Shown: piece after piece, positions 60,020 through 64,000 of the stretch
How positions within the stretch are numbered: position 1 is the stretch's first letter
How the letters are laid out: every line of letters starts with the position of its first letter
Assembly: GCF_036321535.1 (NCBI RefSeq)
Contig: NC_087437.1
Location: forward strand, 100,690,001 to 100,754,000
Reading direction: 5' to 3'
Source: Camelus dromedarius
Taxonomy: Eukaryota
DNA: 64,000 nt
Translations under genes and position numbers: made by a program
Notes under the pieces: model-generated
Told to the model about the DNA's origin: nothing
Seen by the model: the letters and a program-made list of their open reading frames with translations, nothing else
Databases searched by the model: none

Positions 60020-63000
60020 TGTATAATACAAGGGCAATTAGATCTTTCTCATAATAGGCCTTTTCCTTTGAATTAGTGTTGTGCTGTTATATTAATAGAT
60101 TTTCAAATATTTTATCCTGATATTTCTGAAATGACATCACTTGATGTTACTGAATTCTATTTACTATAATTTTATTTAGGAATTTGTATCATTATTTATT
60201 GATAAGATGACCCTGTAGACTTCTTTTATTGTGTTATTTGTGGTGGGATTAATTTTATGCTGGTACTAAGAATTTCCCATTTTATGTTTTGAGTGGTTTA
60301 AATAGCAATGGAGTTTCCTGATCCATGAAGGTTTGCTAAAGTGTGCCTATGAAAATATTTAAGCCTAGTAATTTCAGGGCTTTCTGAGGGTTAGGGGTCA
60401 GGGTAGGTACAGATGGAGGCAGTAGATTGTTCCTTTAAAAATTTTTTTATTTTTCCCTCAATTTCTCCTCTGGTAAAACAACTTGTTTATTATTTATTTT
60501 TAATACCAGGATCAGTTTGGTAATTCACTTTATCCACTTTTCAAATGTAGTTTACATAGGTAAGAAAAGATCATTATTAGAATTCTTTAAAAATTTTTTA
60601 TGAAGAGTTATAATACCTTTCTAATTTCATGTTTTGTATTCTTTTTTGGGAGGCAATGGGGAAGATTTTTGTGAGATATTTTGATTAAGACTTTTAAAGT
60701 ATTATTTTACATACTTCTACCACTTTAAAACTTTAAAAATCTGTTTTATTTTTATATTGACTATTTGAATTAGCCTTAAAACAAGCCTAGAAGGTAAGTA
60801 TGTTACTGCTAACATTTTCCCAGTGAGAACTGAGGCTGAACCATTAGTCCGTGGTCATAGTTAGCAAATGGCAACATGTGCATTTGAATCCAAGCGTTCT
60901 TGCTCCAGAGCTGGAGTTGTCAACACTGGTTATTGTCTATCTCTCATTTAGCCATTCTGGTGTGGCAAAATGGTATCTCACTGCAGTTTTGATTTTCATT
61001 TCCCTAGTGACTTATGATAGTAAACATCTTCTCATGTGCTTATCAGCCATTTGTGTGTCATCTTTGGAGAAATGTCAATTCAAATCATTTGCCATTTTAA
61101 AATTTGATTGTCTTTTTATTGATGAATTGTAAGTGTTATTTATATATTCTGAATACCAGTTCCTTATCAGATACATGAATTGCAAATATTTCCTTGATTC
61201 CAGTTTTACTTTTTTTGATGATGACCTTTGAATCACAGTGCTTTTTAATTTTAAACTCCAGTTTTTCTATGTTTTTGCTTTTGTGTCATGTTTAAGAAAC
61301 ATTAATCCAAGATTACAAAAATTGACTCATGTATTTTATTTAAAGAGTTCCATAGTTTGGGCTCTTGCATTTATCTCTGGTCTGTTTTGAGTTGACTTTT
61401 TTTACAATGTAAGGTTGGGGTCCAACTTTATTTCATTTGTGGATATCCAGTTGTCCAAGCAACACTTGTTAAAAAGACTATTCTTTACCTTTTGTGTTAA
61501 GAAGCTATATTCTGAGTTCATATGATGAATCAACCTTGTGTTCTTTGGTTAAATCTCACTTGGTCGTTTTTATAATTCTCTTTATGTTGCTGGATTCAGT
61601 TTTCTGGTATTTTGAGAATGGGTATATATTCATAAGGAATGTTAGTTTGTAGTTTTCTGATCCTGTCTTTGGCTGGTATTGGAATTCTGGGAAGACTGAC
61701 CTCATGAAGTAAGTTCGGAAATGTTCCGTCTTCAGTTTTTTTTTTTTTTTTGCAAGAGTTTGAACAATTGTTACTACTTTGTTTGACAGGATTTGCCAGT
61801 GAAGCCATCAAGGCGTGACTTGTGAAAAATTCTCTGTGAGAATTTTTTGATACTAATTTAGTGTCTTGTTAACAGGTTAATTAAGATGTTTTTATTTCTT
61901 TTTGAGTCAGTTTTAGTACTCTGTGTCTTGTATGTGTGCATTTCATCAAATTATTTAATTCATTGACATGGCTGTCAATAATACTCCCTTAATCTCTATT
62001 TCTGTAAGGCAGGCAGTAATTGTTTTGTTTTCCTGTTTTAGTAATTTGTCTCACTTTTTTCATTAGTCTAGGTAAAGTTGTGCCATTTTCCTTGATATTT
62101 TCTACTGACTACATATCTGTTCCTTTTTTTTTTTTTTTTTTTACTTTTTTTTTTTAAATGGAGGTACTGGAGATTGAACCCAGGACCTTGTGCATGCTAA
62201 GCATGCACTCTATCATTTGAGCTATACCCTCCCTCGCTACATATCTATTCTTATGCCTTGGCTACATTGTCTTGATCACTCTAGCTTTGTAGTAAGTTTT
62301 GAAGCCAGTTTTGTGTGTTTGGAACCATGTGATTCAAAGGACAACTTCTGATTTTGACTGTTTCTATTGTTTTGCTTTATTTTATTTATTTCTGGTCTAA
62401 TCTTTATTTTCTTTTGCAAACTTTTGGTTTTGTCTTTTTTTGAACTCTAGAATTTCTATTTGGTTCTTTATAATTTCTATTTAATTGTAGTCTTTCATTC
62501 TCATACTTCCCTTTGTTTTTTAGACATGGTTTCCTTTAGTTCTTTCAATGTATTTATAATAACTTTTAAAAGCTTTGCTTAGTAACTTCAATTTCTGGGT
62601 TTTCTTGGGGACAGATTCTACGGATTTGTTTTTTTTTTCTAGTATATAGCAATACAACCTGTTTTTTGAGCATCTTGAAATTTCTTTGGAAATTAGACAT
62701 TTTAAATAATATGACATCTCTGAAAATCAGCTCCCCCACCATGTTCTCTCCTGTTTGTTACTGGTCTGTATTTTTTGTCATGTGTGGCCACTGATTTCTC
62801 TGCCCAGTTAGCTTAGTGGTCAGCAAATGATTGGACAGAGTTTTTCCTTAAAGGTTTTGAAAGAATAAGTCTCCCACTCTTTCCTAAGGGAGTCTAAGAC
62901 CTGGAGCAAACTGTTAGTAGCTCCAGCAGTTTACAGTTTATCTTAGCCGTCACTTCCTGCTTGTGAGGATCCCGAAAGTGAGCTCCAGATGGGAGATTAA

Positions 63001-63660
63001 GTGCTTCTCAGGCCTTTACTTGGCATCACCACATTTTCAAGACCTTCTAGATTCCCAGGAATATGTCAGTTTTTCAGATTTCTCTACTGGCATCTCATCC
63101 CATAGCTTTTCCTTTTAAGTCCTCCCTCCATCCCCCGTTTTAAGTTTCTCCTATGCTTTCATTTTTGTTCCTGCCTTAAGCAGGTGTGGGTGTTCAACAA
63201 TTGCAACTGATTTTTTTTTCCTGACAGAAAACCTAGGGAAAAAAGCGGTTTGCTGAGAGAGTTCTGAATCAGTCAAATAAAGACAAGTCCTATGAGTGTA
63301 GATTTTCAAGCAGTAACCGTATAGGTTAAATAATGACATTGCTCTGGGAATATGGCTTTCTGGTTCAAAACGTTTCTAAACCTGTTTTGTCCCATCCAGT
63401 GGTTGCTAGTCTAGCAATTTTTATAGCTATCTTAGTTGTAAGGCTGATTTTCAATGCCAGTGCACAGGTGGGGAGAAGGTGATGGGATAATGTTGGTTAA
63501 AATGTGACCAGACCAGCTATTCTTACCAAGATTCAGCTGTTCTCCTGGAATAACCACATCTCAGATTCATGTAAGTATGGTTTTTTCCCAGAGTTCTGAA
63601 AGTTGATTTTGAGAATCTTAGTGTTTCTATTGCTCTTATGGAGGAGTAGATTTTTGGGTA
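60020..63660 (-). mobile_element. Mosaic of old L1M fragments (ORF2 pieces and 5' region) with an embedded MIR (~60780-60910)
   Basis: Reverse-strand L1 ORF2 motifs include tggtatctcactgcagttttgattttcatttccctagtgac, ggatatccagttgtccaagcaacacttgtt and ttgccagtgaagccatc. ORF 61596-61811 contains TFPNLLHEVSLPRIPIP, homologous to ILPNSFYEASITLIPKP. Confidence 0.75.
62123..62236 (-). mobile_element. Camelid tRNA-Ala-derived SINE (Vic-1 type)
   Basis: Minus strand reads GGGAGGGTATAGCTCAAATGATAGAGTGCATGCTTAGCATGCACAAGGTCCTGGGTTCAATCTCCAGTACCTCC plus a long A-tail. TSD ctacatatct(g/a)ttc at 62109-62122 and 62237-62250. Confidence 0.93.
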
Positions 63661-63694
63661 TATTTACTCCTTGCTTTCAGAAGTTCTTTCCTTC

Positions 63695-64000
63695 AGTATA
63701 TTTTCTATGCTGCATAACAACCACAGCTTTCATAGCTTAAAACAATACCCATTTATCATGTCACTGTTTTGTAGGTCTGCAGTCTGAGCACTGATCAACA
63801 GCATCCTCTGCTTAGTCTCACAGGCTGAAATCAAGATGTCATCTTGGGCTGGCTTCTCGTCTATAGAGTTTTCAGTCCTTTCCCAAAATTGTTGACTGAA
63901 TTGAGTTCCCTGTAGTTGTAAGACTGAGGTCCTCAGCTCCCAGAGGCTACCCACCTCTGTAGGCAGTTCACAACATTGTAGTTGGCTTCTTTGACACCAG
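63695..64000 (-). mobile_element. MLT1E-like MaLR LTR, truncated by the window end
   Basis: ttttctatgctgcataacaaccacagctttcatagcttaaaacaatacccatttatc...caggctgaaatcaagatgtc...agttgtaagactgaggtcctcagctcccagaggct. Confidence 0.8.

Noticed and set aside
62160..62234. tRNA-Ala(AGC)-like sequence with anticodon arm GTGCATGCTTAGCATGCAC
   Set aside because: It has an A-tail and TSD, a poorly pairing acceptor stem and a second diverged copy at 27.8 kb. It is a SINE, not a tRNA gene.
1..64000. Remaining 60-115 aa ORFs in the track; CRISPR arrays or prokaryote-type operons and defence systems
   Set aside because: The short ORFs mostly start at non-ATG codons, overlap repeats or microsatellites and lack recognisable domains. 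There are no regularly spaced repeat-spacer arrays, and the DNA is clearly mammalian.

Overview
This is mammalian non-coding genomic DNA, AT-rich and dense in repeats. It is almost certainly camelid, because it carries two tRNA-Ala-derived Vic-1-type SINEs and cetartiodactyl-type L1 3' ends. I found no host protein-coding exon, rRNA or tRNA gene, or CRISPR array. The main elements are: (1) an ancient, internally deleted ERV-L provirus at about 420-4918 with both LTRs and recognisable gag, PR, RT, RNase H and dUTPase remnants; (2) a young full-length 7.1-kb LINE-1 on the minus strand (13818-20895) with a 14-bp TSD, intact ORF1 and broken ORF2, inserted into an L2; (3) an older, rearranged L1 (24919-28285) with no tail or TSD; (4) many MaLR LTRs, L1M/L2/MIR fragments and MER DNA transposons. 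The most notable signals are an ATG-initiated ~75-codon ORF in the long ORF1-ORF2 spacer of both L1 copies, an ORF0-like antisense ORF and a cassette exon in the L1 5'UTR, and two fossil repair scars (a multi-jump templated insertion at about 9.05-9.16 kb, and a split and inverted MER20 with a templated duplication at about 53.3-53.7 kb). Repeat subfamily names come from recalled consensus motifs rather than a computed alignment, and the boundaries of old repeats are approximate.
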